A stretch of DNA of 64,000 nt from a virus (IMGVR_UViG_3300031414_000012:1-64000); one strand, 5' to 3'. Shown: positions 35,630-46,443, counted from the stretch's first letter. Numbers and translations are program-made. Notes: generated by a model not told the origin, from the sequence alone.

Positions 35630-38600
35630 ATGGCCGGTAAAAACAACGCCGGGGGTTTCGATCCGAACATCGATGACTTTGGTTTCGACGACTTCGATCC
35701 CAAGTCTCCCGACATTGACTCCCGCAATACAACCCCTCTCAGTCGCGCCCTAAAAGGAGCAGCAGAAGGGGCAAAAGAAGCCACGCTAAATAAAAACACT
35801 CTCCTTCGTCTCGTTCGTGCTGCTGTGCCGTCAGGCATTCGCGGGACAATCGATACAATAGATGAGATGGCTGGCGTGGGGTCTGATCTATACAATTCGG
35901 TAAGTTCGCAAGTCTTACCTGAGTTGAATAGCTTAAAACGAAATGCGCGTCGTCTTATGCCGCGTGTTCGTGACAAGATGCCTAACCCACTGGCGAAAGC
36001 AATTGATGATCTTTTAAAGGATAATACTCCTCGTAGTACCTACGACGATTACAATCCGGATGAAGAAAGTATCAAGGGTGCTTTACGTGACGTCTTCGAA
36101 GCGGAAAGACTTTTACAAGATCATTATCGTACCGAAGATAAAGCAGAAGAAGTTCTGCGCAATAAAGCATCGGATGATCGTGAAAGGACGAACACGACTC
36201 AGCTGAAATCCATTCGTGAAGCATTAGTCCGAATGGCTAACCACCAGGATACTGTATCGGTTCGCCGTGACCAGAAACTCCTGGAATTGCAGTATCGCCA
36301 ATACTTCACACAACGCGACCTCTTGATTGAAACCAAACGTGCAAACGTTGATGTTCTTGATCAGTTGAAAGCGTTAGTGGAAAACAGTTCACTGCCCGAT
36401 CTCGCCAAAGTACGTGAGTACAATAAACGAGAGAAACTTAATCGTTCTTCATTAATGGGGAATGTTCGTGGTCGTGTAGACGATTACGTTAGTAAGTTCC
36501 GTGGTCAGTTGAACGAACGACTCTCTCGCGAGGCTAAGCGGTTCGGGCTTGGACTGCGCATGGGTCTCAGTGGTGTTAACCAGTTAGCCGCTGGAGCCTC
36601 TATGGCTAGCGGCGCTGGTGACATGGGTATGGACAAGTATTCCGAGGGCGGCCGTTTGGTCGGCGGTATGCTTGGCGATGACAGTGTCGTTTCCGCAGCA
36701 GGCAATCGCCTTGCTCGTTACGTTCGTCGTATTCCGGGGGTTAATCGTCTCAACGAGAAACTCACTTACTTTAACGACAACGCACCTGAGTTGATTTCAG
36801 ATTGGGCGAAGAAACGTTCGAACGGTATCCGTTTGGACTTCTGGAACAAACCTGATCCCTTCGACTTCAGACCGGGTTTTGGTGCCGGTGCTATCAACCG
36901 CTTGAAGACTTTGATTCCTAAGTTCTACGAGGGAACACCTGAGTTTTCCGCCAGTGGTTATGGTCAGGCACGAGAGGCCGTCTCATACGACGACCTTAGT
37001 CGTAAGAGCATTGTTGAAATCATACCAGGGTTGCTCTCTCGTATCCTGGGTGAAGTGACATCTATGCGAACTGGTAAACCCGTAGAGCGCATGCACTACG
37101 ATGTCGGTACCGGTGCCTTTATGTCAGGTGGTGAACACCAAGAAGCACTTCGTAACCAACTCATGCCAAAGGCTCAGACTGACCAGTTGAGCCGTCGTGT
37201 TGATGAGTACGTTAAGAAGCTGACTCGCGGTGGTAAACTTTCAGCCGAGGCCCTTGATGCACTACGCAGACAACTTATCCACAATATGGTTGTCGGTCGT
37301 CGCTTCAATGTAGAGAACTTTGTCAAAGGACGTGGACTGGATCAGATCGATGACCCTGCCATCTTACGGGAATTAACCGCCCACTTCCGTAAGTTATTCC
37401 CTCTTGATGAATTTGGCAACCTGAAAGAAAGCGAGCGCAACCTACGCAGGCTAAACCGCTTCAGCTCTCAGTATCAGGACATTCGTCGACTTGTTCCTAA
37501 GTTTGATGACCAGATGTCTGAAATGTTGGACTCGGGTGCCCGTGAACAACTGCGCGAAATTGGCGCTTTGAAGAAAGACGGTCGACGTGAATTCTTAGAC
37601 CCTTCCTTCATTGTTAACGCAGTATTGGGTCAGGGTGGTAATAATGGCGAAGATTCACAATCCGGCGATTCTTCTGAAGGTGGGAACGGCTCTGGTCGCA
37701 GACGGCGTAACAAACGTCGTAATCGGCGTGGTTCTGGTGATGGTGGGCCTGTTCCACCTACCGGCAGCGGCGATTCGCAAGCGAATCCAGAAGAAATCCG
37801 AAACCTCTTAGATCGCCTAGGTGGATTGGCCGACCGTGTGTCTGGCGGTCGAATCGATGATCTCATTCGTAACACGTCGGACCTGAGCGACCGCTTACGC
37901 GAACGCATGGGTCCACAACCGGAATCTGAAGACGAAGCTGCTGCTATGAATGGGGCAGATGACATCTATGTACCGGGTGAAGATGAGCCACGACTCACAG
38001 CACAAGGATTTAAAGCGGGTCGTTATATCTGTAAAACTACGCGTAAGATCGTTCGCAAGATCAGCGACATCAAAGGACCGATCGTTGATACTAGCGGTAG
38101 AGTGGTCTTAGCAACAGGCGAGATAGCGGCCGGCCTCGTCACCGGTGCAGGCATTCGTCTTGCTCAGTTGTCTAAACGCGCAGAACGTTGGGTGAACCGT
38201 GTTGACTTTGTTTCCCGGTTGATCGGTGGTCGTGTAAATAACCTCGTTGATAAATTCGCACAGGGCCTCATGGGTACTCGCGGACGCATTGACGATGTAT
38301 ACGTGCTGGGTATGCCTGACCCAGTACTGACCGCTGAGAAAATCCGTCAGGGTTATTATATTAACCGCTACTCTAAGAAACCGATCAACTCGATCGATGA
38401 CATTAAGGGTGCAGTTGAAGACCGTGAAGGTAACGTGGTACTTACGGATGAAGACTACGAGAAAGGATTGTACCTGAAAGACGGAACATTGATTCGCCGG
38501 TCAGGTTTGGTCTATAACCTGGGTCGTTTCACCAACTGGTATTTTGGCGGTTACTACCGTAACCTGTGGAAGCTTCTGAAGAAAACAGGACGTGGCGTTA

Positions 38601-41600
38601 AGAAAGTTGCTGGTAAGGTTGGTTCATTCTTACTGGGTGTTCCTGACGTTTACGTGCCGGGTGAAGACACGCCTAGACTGTTAGCCAGAATGCTTCGTCG
38701 TGGGATGTATCTCTCCAGCAAAACAGGCAAGCGAATCTCTCGACTGAGCCAGATTGACTCTGACGTATTGGGGCCAGATGGTGAGGTTGTGCTGACGCTT
38801 GATGAAGCGCGTAATGGGTTAGTCGATAAGTTCGGCAAGCCACTTCGTGCGTTCTTACCTCGTGCCGTTGAGAAAGCCTTGAGTATCGCGGGTGCACCTA
38901 CTCGTCTGATGGGTCGTTATTGGCGCAACAGCATGGCCACCATGGGACGTGGTGCTCGTTTCGCTGGCACTAAGGCGGCTGACGCTGCGGGCTGGGCGAT
39001 CGATAAGCTGACCGGTTTCCGTAAAGGTAGCTGGGAAGAACGTCGATTCAAGCGGGAAGAAGAAGCGCGTAACCGTAAGGACGAAAAGCCGAAGACCGAG
39101 AAGGAGAAGAAGAAAAATCCTCTCTGGGGTCCGATCTTGATGTTGGCTGGTGTATTGAAGACAGGCGTTGATAGTCTCTTGAAACGTCTGAATCCACTTC
39201 GGTACCTGAAAGACATCTTGATGGCTACTCGCGCTGGCGGTATGCTCGGCGATATGTTGGGTGGTGGTAAAGGTAAGCTGTTACGTAGGGCAGGGTCGGC
39301 TATCGGAACAGGAGCTAAGTTCCTGGGTCGTGGTGCCTTAGCGACCGGTGCACGCATTGCAGCAACTGGTGTTGGTAGTGCCGTACTGAGTGGTGGTGCT
39401 AGTGCACTGACTGCCATTGGTGCTGGTGCTGCCGCAGTGGGTTCAGCAGCCATGGCTGTATTGACCTCGCCGGTTACTTTGACCGCAGCTGCTGTGGTTG
39501 CCGTAGGTTTTGGTGCGTGGTACCTCTGGAAGAAATTTGGTAGTTCACCAGATCCACTCCAGAAAGTTCGTTTGGCTGAATACGGTATTCCTTCAGGAGA
39601 CCGTGACACCAATGCGAAGGTACTGAAACTCGAAGAGTCGTTGGCTGATTATGTCACTGTAACTGGTGAGTCCGCTCGCTTCTCTAAAGAACTGCCACTG
39701 AAAGACATCTTTGCGATGTTCAATGTGGATACGTCGAACGATCAGAATATCGTGTCGTTCACTAACTGGTTGAAATATCGTTTCCGTCCGGTGTTCCTGA
39801 AGTTTGCAGCTAAGGGTAACGAGATTATTCCTGGCTCTAAGGTACACGAACAAGACGATAAGATCCCAGACGGTGAGAAACCGAGACTGGTACGTGAAAC
39901 TAAGTTCAGTAGCGAGGCACCGGATTACCCATACAACCTGCCAGATGGTCCAACACCACCTGCGCCAGCTGTAACGGGTACAGAGGCAATCGATGCGGCT
40001 ATTCTGGCGGTTGAGCAGAAGTTTGCTAAAGCAGAACGTGAGAAACGCGCACGCGATACAACCAACCAGAGACGCGCTGAGAACGACGCAGCAACTAAAG
40101 GCGGTAAGAACCCGCTTGAGGTTGCAAAACGCCTTAACTCGAAGGAGAATGCGTATACGACACAGTCCAAGCTTGATCAAGTCCGTAAGGATACGATTAG
40201 CAAGAACGGTGACGTTGGCATGGCGCTTTGGGAAGCTGGGTCATCTCGTCGTATCGATGAACTCGCGGGTATTCGTCTGCGTACGTACGGCTTAGTTGAG
40301 TTGGACAAAGCTAGGGTAGATGCCCTGCTGTTGCTGGAAGGTGATCTGGAATCTCAGTTGACCTATAAAGGCGATGGCACCGCATCGTTGGATTACAATC
40401 CGATTAAGATGTTTGAGTTGTATGGACCACGGTTCCAGCTTAACGTCACGGATTGGGGACAACGCAGTAAGTGGATGACATGGTTCAACGATCGTTTCAT
40501 TCCAGCGTATCTGGCCTTTGCTACAGCAGTGCGTCGTTGCGATAAAGCAGTTGCTCCTAAGGAAGCATGGAACAAGCTGAAACCTGAAGATCAACTGAAA
40601 GTCGCACAAGCAGTAATCGCTGCAACAACGACCTCGTGGTTTAGAACGATCAGTGTCTGGACAGTCACCGACTCTCCGTGGCCTGATTACGTGCTGAACC
40701 AGGATAGTGCTTCTACCAATGAAGCCATCGATTCACTGAAAGCTCGCATTAAGCAAGCCAAGGTGGAAGAGGAACGTAAGTCAAGGGAATCGCCGAAGGT
40801 TGGCGATGGTTTGCCTAAGTACGTTAAACCGAAAACTCAGGCAGACACAGCGTTGGCGAATAATATCAACAATGCTCTCTTGAACAGCGGTGCGGGTGCA
40901 CTCAACAACATCAAGCCAATGCCACCTACCAGCGATGGTAGTAATCCAGGTGGCGCAGCTGGCTATAACAGTGGCGGCTCTACCGGCGACTTTGGCGATG
41001 GTGCTGGCGGACAATGGCAATCACTGCCTGCGTCTAAGGGGAATGGTTGGGAGAACAACAAAGACCTGCTCGTCGCGGTTTCCAAGATGACAGGTGTGGA
41101 TGCTGGTATCCTGGCCACCTTTGCAGGTATCGAGTCTGACTTCAGACCAGGAGTGGGTGCGGGTACGTCTAGTGCAACTGGCTTGTTCCAGTTCATTAAA
41201 TCTACCTGGAAAACAATGCTTCAGAAGTACGGAGCTAAGTATGGAATCCCACTGGACACACCACCGACTGATGCGAGAGCAAACGCCCTCATGGGCGCAG
41301 AGTTCTTACGTGAGAACCGTGATGGTCTGTCTAAGTTCCTGGGTCGTGAGCCGACAGACGTAGACCTGTACGCTGCGCACTTCATGGGTCTGGGTGGTGC
41401 ACGTAAGTTCATGTCAATGAGTGGTAACGCTATTGCGGCACAGGCTATGCCTGACGCTGCTCGTGCTAACGAACCTATCTTCTATGCTAACGGTAGAGCC
41501 AGAACTCGTGATGAGGTAATGGAAGAACTCAACCGTCGTGTAGCAAGCAAAGGACGTAAATACGCAGGCGTTGCTAACTCAATGGCAGCTGGCGGCGCAC

Positions 41601-42127
41601 CGGGTGCAGTAGACATCGATTCCGTAGCTCAAGACGATCAACCGACTTCGGGTGATAACGTTGTAGCTGTAGCGGGTAGCGATGTCAATGCTAAGGCTAA
41701 CGAAGGTGCTGGCGGTACGCCGCCTCCTACTGGAGAGCCGGGCAAAGGTGGATATATGGGCAGCGCTGTTCCAGCAATGTCCGTTCCACCTGCTGGACTT
41801 GACCCACAGGCCGACTTGTCACCTGCCGCACAGCAAGCACTGGGTACGTCTGCTGCGAAGGATCGTAGTGCTGCTCAAACTGCTGCGCGTGCACCTGCTG
41901 CTGAACTTGTCACGACTAAAGACTTGGCTGACATTATGTCTAAACAGTTGACCACCCAAATTGAAACACGCGATTTGGTTAAATCACTGCTGGAGATTGT
42001 GCAGTCTCGTTCTAACGGGAATGACACCGCAACACCACCTGCAACGGGTAACGATAAATCTGCTGCTGTGAATCGGGCTGCTTCACCAGGTCGTTCTGGC
42101 CCAGTGAACATGAACCGTAATCACTGA
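35630..42127 (+). CDS. Large tail protein / tape measure with C-terminal lytic transglycosylase (phiKZ gp181-like)
   Basis: 2165 aa; SLT motifs IES, SATGLFQFIKSTW, LYAAHFMG; central Gly/Ala-rich hydrophobic segment; divergent from the RNAP genes. Confidence 0.9.
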   Translation: MAGKNNAGGFDPNIDDFGFDDFDPKSPDIDSRNTTPLSRALKGAAEGAKEATLNKNTLLRLVRAAVPSGIRGTIDTIDEMAGVGSDLYNSVSSQVLPELNSLKRNARRLMPRVRDKMPNPLAKAIDDLLKDNTPRSTYDDYNPDEESIKGALRDVFEAERLLQDHYRTEDKAEEVLRNKASDDRERTNTTQLKSIREALVRMANHQDTVSVRRDQKLLELQYRQYFTQRDLLIETKRANVDVLDQLKALVENSSLPDLAKVREYNKREKLNRSSLMGNVRGRVDDYVSKFRGQLNERLSREAKRFGLGLRMGLSGVNQLAAGASMASGAGDMGMDKYSEGGRLVGGMLGDDSVVSAAGNRLARYVRRIPGVNRLNEKLTYFNDNAPELISDWAKKRSNGIRLDFWNKPDPFDFRPGFGAGAINRLKTLIPKFYEGTPEFSASGYGQAREAVSYDDLSRKSIVEIIPGLLSRILGEVTSMRTGKPVERMHYDVGTGAFMSGGEHQEALRNQLMPKAQTDQLSRRVDEYVKKLTRGGKLSAEALDALRRQLIHNMVVGRRFNVENFVKGRGLDQIDDPAILRELTAHFRKLFPLDEFGNLKESERNLRRLNRFSSQYQDIRRLVPKFDDQMSEMLDSGAREQLREIGALKKDGRREFLDPSFIVNAVLGQGGNNGEDSQSGDSSEGGNGSGRRRRNKRRNRRGSGDGGPVPPTGSGDSQANPEEIRNLLDRLGGLADRVSGGRIDDLIRNTSDLSDRLRERMGPQPESEDEAAAMNGADDIYVPGEDEPRLTAQGFKAGRYICKTTRKIVRKISDIKGPIVDTSGRVVLATGEIAAGLVTGAGIRLAQLSKRAERWVNRVDFVSRLIGGRVNNLVDKFAQGLMGTRGRIDDVYVLGMPDPVLTAEKIRQGYYINRYSKKPINSIDDIKGAVEDREGNVVLTDEDYEKGLYLKDGTLIRRSGLVYNLGRFTNWYFGGYYRNLWKLLKKTGRGVKKVAGKVGSFLLGVPDVYVPGEDTPRLLARMLRRGMYLSSKTGKRISRLSQIDSDVLGPDGEVVLTLDEARNGLVDKFGKPLRAFLPRAVEKALSIAGAPTRLMGRYWRNSMATMGRGARFAGTKAADAAGWAIDKLTGFRKGSWEERRFKREEEARNRKDEKPKTEKEKKKNPLWGPILMLAGVLKTGVDSLLKRLNPLRYLKDILMATRAGGMLGDMLGGGKGKLLRRAGSAIGTGAKFLGRGALATGARIAATGVGSAVLSGGASALTAIGAGAAAVGSAAMAVLTSPVTLTAAAVVAVGFGAWYLWKKFGSSPDPLQKVRLAEYGIPSGDRDTNAKVLKLEESLADYVTVTGESARFSKELPLKDIFAMFNVDTSNDQNIVSFTNWLKYRFRPVFLKFAAKGNEIIPGSKVHEQDDKIPDGEKPRLVRETKFSSEAPDYPYNLPDGPTPPAPAVTGTEAIDAAILAVEQKFAKAEREKRARDTTNQRRAENDAATKGGKNPLEVAKRLNSKENAYTTQSKLDQVRKDTISKNGDVGMALWEAGSSRRIDELAGIRLRTYGLVELDKARVDALLLLEGDLESQLTYKGDGTASLDYNPIKMFELYGPRFQLNVTDWGQRSKWMTWFNDRFIPAYLAFATAVRRCDKAVAPKEAWNKLKPEDQLKVAQAVIAATTTSWFRTISVWTVTDSPWPDYVLNQDSASTNEAIDSLKARIKQAKVEEERKSRESPKVGDGLPKYVKPKTQADTALANNINNALLNSGAGALNNIKPMPPTSDGSNPGGAAGYNSGGSTGDFGDGAGGQWQSLPASKGNGWENNKDLLVAVSKMTGVDAGILATFAGIESDFRPGVGAGTSSATGLFQFIKSTWKTMLQKYGAKYGIPLDTPPTDARANALMGAEFLRENRDGLSKFLGREPTDVDLYAAHFMGLGGARKFMSMSGNAIAAQAMPDAARANEPIFYANGRARTRDEVMEELNRRVASKGRKYAGVANSMAAGGAPGAVDIDSVAQDDQPTSGDNVVAVAGSDVNAKANEGAGGTPPPTGEPGKGGYMGSAVPAMSVPPAGLDPQADLSPAAQQALGTSAAKDRSAAQTAARAPAAELVTTKDLADIMSKQLTTQIETRDLVKSLLEIVQSRSNGNDTATPPATGNDKSAAVNRAASPGRSGPVNMNRNH
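37961..38840 (+). repeat. Three ~60-aa internal protein repeats
   Basis: D[IV]YV.G...P.L.A....G.Y.....K.I.....I...V....G.VVL starting near 37961, 38294 and 38645. Confidence 0.8.
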
Positions 42128-42139
42128 CAGTAGTTGGTT

Positions 42140-42159
42140 AAGGGGACTTCGGTCCCCTT
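42140..42159 (+). terminator. UUCG hairpin / terminator
   Basis: AAGGGGAC-TTCG-GTCCCCTT followed by TCTT. Confidence 0.7.
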
Positions 42160-42177
42160 TCTTCATTGAGGTATCAC

Positions 42178-44157
42178 ATGGCACAAGAAACTCGTTTTCT
42201 AAAGGAAGACCATCGTTGGATACGCCAGATGTTTTTAACGGACGGCAATAGTTTCGACGACTTCCTACGCTCTAAGCGCACAGCTACCTCGAACTTCTAT
42301 AAGTACGAGGACACCACATTAGGTGGTCACCGGACAATGAACCCCCCACCGCAGTTCACACGTTTCTGCGATCCAAAAGGGGACCGTCTGTTACCGGGCA
42401 TCAGTCGTGGGATGGGCGACTACTACAGCGAAGCAATCGACGACAACGCCAGAACGATCTCAATGCGATTTGGTGTACCAGAATATACTGGACTTGTCAG
42501 CTTCTTCAGTAACTTCTATAGTTCTGATGCTGCACAGGTTGTCAAATCAGGTAAGTCAAGTAGTTTCTTCTACGACGCTGGTAAACTTTCCGGTTATGTA
42601 GCGATTCTACCTTTCATGCCCTTTATCATGATCGGTCGCACACTTAAAGCGCTGGCAGGTACACCGTCTACTCGCTTCTATTATCTGCGTCCGTCTATGC
42701 CGATCTATTGGAATGCCGTACAGAGCTTTGCTAACCGTTTAGCAGCTAACATCGGCTTGACCATGGGTCAACAGAATACCGAACTCGCTGTTGCTAAACT
42801 GGATGCACAGGGCATGCCAGTGAAGAACCCTGAAACTGGCGCTATCGTTTACGACAACATTAACTTCGACGTTCCGAATAGTCAGTTTGATGAATATCTT
42901 AAACTGCTGCCAGAGTTGTGGACACCGAACGGTTCAATCGATGTTTATTCGCTATCTAACCGTGCACAGCGACTTTCCGATGTATGGAACAACTATCTGG
43001 CTAAGATTGCTACCGATACTGCAATCGTCTCAGATGAGAGTTGGCGTCAACGCCTGACGAGCTATCCTGGTCATACCCACAAAGAGATGATCGATGCGCT
43101 GAATGGCACGCCACTTCAATTGGCACTGCAACGTTGGTACAACACACCGGCTGGTGAACGCGCGTTAGACGATCAAGGTAAAGATCCAAAACGTGGTGAA
43201 ATCACAAAGGATGCAAGTGCGGTAGATCGCTTTATGAACTACGCATTGGCGGAAGCACGAGATGGTGCACAGTTTGTCTCCTTCTATATTCAGGAAGGTG
43301 GCACAGCAAGCGAGAGCTTCAGTAACTCCACTCGTGCGCCAGACATCGGTGAGAAGTTCAACAGTGTAAGCAGTGGTGTCCGTCAAGCACGCATTAACTT
43401 TGCAGATGGTAACACTGGTATCGCACCTATCGATGCGGCTATTGGTGCTGCAACCGAGTTTATCAATGGTGCGGTGGGTGGTATCCAGATGTCCGGCCTA
43501 CTTGCTTTGGCGGGTAACGCATTAACTGACATTCCTAAGGTGTGGGATAGCTCAACTTCCTCTCTACCTAGGATGGATTACACCATCCAGCTTCGCTCTC
43601 CGTATGGCAATAAACTCTCACGCTTCCAGAACCTCCTGTTGCCACTGGCAATGATTCTGGTTGGTGGCTTGCCGCGCTCTACGGGTGCTCAGTCCTATGG
43701 TGCTCCGTTCCTCGTTGAGTTGTATGACAAAGGTCGTGCTCAGACTCGTTTGGGTATGATCGAAAGCATCAACGTAACACGCGGTGTGGGTAACATCGGA
43801 TGGAACCAGGATGATGAATTCCTAGGCATTGACGTACAGTTCAGTGTGGTGGATTTGTCCAGCATTATGCACATGCCGTTGGGTACGAGTTCTGGTCCAC
43901 TTGACGTTATTCGTCCAGGCGGGTTGAACCGTGCATTCTTCGGTGACGATACTGCGTTTACTGATTACCTTGCTGTTCTTTCTAGCATGGGGTTAGCAGA
44001 CCAGATCTACCGCACGCGTGCACTTGCTCGTAACTGGCGCAGAATGAAGCTTGAATTCAATAGCTTCTTCAGCGTGTCGCATGCCGCCAGTTGGTTCGGT
44101 GGTACGTTACCGGGCCGTGTTATCTCCGCACTGTCCAATGTCCGTGCTAACGGATAA
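42178..44157 (+). CDS. Baseplate/tail structural protein (phiKZ gp182-like)
   Basis: GAGG RBS before ATG at 42178; DTTLGG...NPPPQFTRFCD, MRFGVP, LRSPYGN, LGMIESINVTRG; follows the gp181-like gene. Confidence 0.75.
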   Translation: MAQETRFLKEDHRWIRQMFLTDGNSFDDFLRSKRTATSNFYKYEDTTLGGHRTMNPPPQFTRFCDPKGDRLLPGISRGMGDYYSEAIDDNARTISMRFGVPEYTGLVSFFSNFYSSDAAQVVKSGKSSSFFYDAGKLSGYVAILPFMPFIMIGRTLKALAGTPSTRFYYLRPSMPIYWNAVQSFANRLAANIGLTMGQQNTELAVAKLDAQGMPVKNPETGAIVYDNINFDVPNSQFDEYLKLLPELWTPNGSIDVYSLSNRAQRLSDVWNNYLAKIATDTAIVSDESWRQRLTSYPGHTHKEMIDALNGTPLQLALQRWYNTPAGERALDDQGKDPKRGEITKDASAVDRFMNYALAEARDGAQFVSFYIQEGGTASESFSNSTRAPDIGEKFNSVSSGVRQARINFADGNTGIAPIDAAIGAATEFINGAVGGIQMSGLLALAGNALTDIPKVWDSSTSSLPRMDYTIQLRSPYGNKLSRFQNLLLPLAMILVGGLPRSTGAQSYGAPFLVELYDKGRAQTRLGMIESINVTRGVGNIGWNQDDEFLGIDVQFSVVDLSSIMHMPLGTSSGPLDVIRPGGLNRAFFGDDTAFTDYLAVLSSMGLADQIYRTRALARNWRRMKLEFNSFFSVSHAASWFGGTLPGRVISALSNVRANG

Positions 44158-44159
44158 CA

Positions 44160-44209
44160 GCATAAAAGCCTCCTCTTCCCATTCGGGAAGAGGAGTGCTT
44201 ATTTATGCG
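44160..44209. terminator. Bidirectional terminator of the TTTATGC family
   Basis: CTCCTCTTCCC-ATTC-GGGAAGAGGAG between convergent genes. Confidence 0.85.
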
Positions 44210-45348
44210 TAAGGGATGTTCGGATAGAATGCACGCAGCAATGAACTGCCGCTCTGTCGTGGATAACTACTTGCAATTAATGCGCAGATAGATTCCGGGT
44301 TAGCGTCAGACTTAGCTTGTGCGATCAATGACGTATCGAGTGAGGATTGCGTGAAGATAGCCAATACAACTTCGTTCGCTTTCAAGAACGGATCGAGTCG
44401 ATAGCTACCCGAGTGCGCGTCGTCAAACTTCAACCACTGTGGGTCTAACCGAGTCATAGTGTCGACAATCTTAGTACGCAACGTAGGGTACTCACCAGGT
44501 GACGTGTCGTACGGAACGTTGTAGTTGCCGAGGAAATCGGTGATAGCGGTCGGGTACTGCTGCATGATAGCGTCACCACCCATCTTATCGATGAGCTTAT
44601 TCAACATTTCCAGGTCGCCGTTGTACAAGACAGATGGAATGCTGTTGGACGCACTGTAACGAGCAAAGTTACCATTGTACTGCTGATCGTTGGCATAGAC
44701 TTTGTCCCACAGCTTATCAAACAGGTCAATCATACCAAGCTGACTGGCCTGTTGCAGCAGACTACCAAACACAGCAGACTCGCTTCGGGTATCAAACAGT
44801 GTGCCGACTGTGTTCGTGCCTAATAACCGGTTAGCAGCCGTGAATAGAGAGTTAACATCGCCCAGGTCAGCCCCAGCAGCGATTCGCTGGATGCTTTGAC
44901 TGTCACGCATAACCTTTTGCATATCCATACCCGTCACATTAGACATGGTAGTGATAGCAGCTTCATTCAAGCTCGCTTTAGCGGCACCAATAGAGTTAAG
45001 GTTCAGGCCAGTATAGTTCTCTAACTGTTTCTTTGCGTCGTTCACTGCGGTTAATGCTGAGTTAGCAGTTTTAGCAATATCGGACAGCGTTGATTTGGTG
45101 AGAGAGATGATTTTGTTATTGGAGAAGAATCCGTCAAACGCACCTTTGATACCAGCCGCCTGCTGGTTGACGTAACTAACACTACGTTTACCGAATCGGT
45201 CAACTGCAACAACGACATCCTTTGGTCCAGTCTCAAAGATACTTGGTGCTACCTTAGGAGCGGCTTGCGCTACTTTGGCAGTTACGTTTTGCGTATCTTT
45301 CGTTACGCCGGAGACGGACGACTTAACACTCTCTTCAAAACTAGGCAT
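44203..45348 (-). CDS. Hypothetical (probably virion) protein (start MPSFEE)
   Basis: GGAG RBS before ATG at 45348; ~381 aa. Confidence 0.7.
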   Translation of the reverse strand: MPSFEESVKSSVSGVTKDTQNVTAKVAQAAPKVAPSIFETGPKDVVVAVDRFGKRSVSYVNQQAAGIKGAFDGFFSNNKIISLTKSTLSDIAKTANSALTAVNDAKKQLENYTGLNLNSIGAAKASLNEAAITTMSNVTGMDMQKVMRDSQSIQRIAAGADLGDVNSLFTAANRLLGTNTVGTLFDTRSESAVFGSLLQQASQLGMIDLFDKLWDKVYANDQQYNGNFARYSASNSIPSVLYNGDLEMLNKLIDKMGGDAIMQQYPTAITDFLGNYNVPYDTSPGEYPTLRTKIVDTMTRLDPQWLKFDDAHSGSYRLDPFLKANEVVLAIFTQSSLDTSLIAQAKSDANPESICALIASSYPRQSGSSLLRAFYPNIPYA

Positions 45349-45358
45349 CTCGAACTCC

Positions 45359-45402
45359 AAAAAAAAAAATAAGAAGAGTGTAGGTGTCCCCGAAGGGACA
45401 CC
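45359..45402 (-). terminator. Terminator with UUCG loop
   Basis: GGTGTCCC-TTCG-GGGACACC, then a spacer and T11. Confidence 0.75.
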
Positions 45403-45406
45403 GTGG

Positions 45407-45871
45407 TTATTTCTTGCCTGATCGCGCTATGCGTTCGATATAGGCATCAACATCCGCATCTGGCGATACATTATCAGAAGCGTCTGTAGAAACGGTCATA
45501 TTATTTTCTATGACGTCACCTAAAACCACTCTTACCTTTTTCAGCGTCCTTTTGTTGCCTCGGTGAATCAACACATAAACATCGGCCTTGTCTACTTCTA
45601 ACACACGTAACCCGCGCATGAAACTATCCCAGGTTATCTTATCCTTCTCTAAGGCTTTCGGCAAGTTACCGCGCACGGTTGTACGTTTATCACGCGGCAC
45701 CCCGTTCAGAGGGTTTAAGACATAACGTGTAAGTAGTTTGGACCAAGTGTTAGGGCGAATACCAAGATCAATTAAGAAGCCGCGAAAGAGTTTAGCTAGC
45801 GCATCTCGTGCTGCGGCTTGACCGTAGTCTTCCGAGTCAAAGATGTCGTGCTTCTTACGCATGCAGTTCAT
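45407..45871 (-). CDS. Conserved hypothetical protein, basic
   Basis: 154 aa; RGNLPKAL...ITWDSFMRGLRVL. Confidence 0.7.
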   Translation of the reverse strand: MNCMRKKHDIFDSEDYGQAAARDALAKLFRGFLIDLGIRPNTWSKLLTRYVLNPLNGVPRDKRTTVRGNLPKALEKDKITWDSFMRGLRVLEVDKADVYVLIHRGNKRTLKKVRVVLGDVIENNMTVSTDASDNVSPDADVDAYIERIARSGKK

Positions 45872-46370
45872 CCCTCGCGGTTATAAGTTCAGCTAACATT
45901 TCAGCCAGTGACATTACGTCACAGCCCAGGCCATATGTACGACGTTGATAATACCCAACCTTCTCAGTTGGAGCGTTGTTGTAAGCATCAACCAACTCAC
46001 CAAATGCCGTACGGAATTCGACTAACATATTGCCGAAGTTGCACGCCACCGGAGTAGGTTGAATCCATACGTTTAATCCAACACCGGTTGGTTCGCCCAC
46101 TGGCGTTTCGATGTAGGAGTTCGTACGAATGCTAACAGCAGCCTGACGGATGGCTTCGAGCAGGTCGTCAGTACTTTGATGGTAGACTGTACCATGAAAG
46201 TTACGGAGGTATCTGACATGACTTTGATCGAACTTGCGCACCACCGTTAGCGGTAAGCGCTCCAGCAGTTCACGGACATCCTGCAAGGCAACTTCCCACT
46301 CTCCTGTCTCATTACGCTTCTCGCGATTGAGCCTTTTGTAGTAACGCTTAAAGCGATAAACTTCCAACAT
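45855..46370 (-). CDS. Hypothetical protein
   Basis: 171 aa, AGGAGG RBS. Confidence 0.7.
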   Translation of the reverse strand: MLEVYRFKRYYKRLNREKRNETGEWEVALQDVRELLERLPLTVVRKFDQSHVRYLRNFHGTVYHQSTDDLLEAIRQAAVSIRTNSYIETPVGEPTGVGLNVWIQPTPVACNFGNMLVEFRTAFGELVDAYNNAPTEKVGYYQRRTYGLGCDVMSLAEMLAELITARDELHA

Positions 46371-46410
46371 AGTCTATAGACCTCCTACTAATTAATATGG
46401 TATATACACA

Positions 46411-46443
46411 TTAATAATGTATGTTTAAAATTACTACGAAACG
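46411..46443 (-). promoter_or_regulatory. Early-type promoter variant
   Basis: Minus strand CGTTTTCGTAGTAATTTTAAACATACATTAT aligns with the 6944 and 15106 promoters. Confidence 0.5.

Noticed and set aside
45359-45369. A11 homopolymer as a phase-variation site
   Set aside because: It lies upstream of the revised start codon and is explained as the U tract of a terminator
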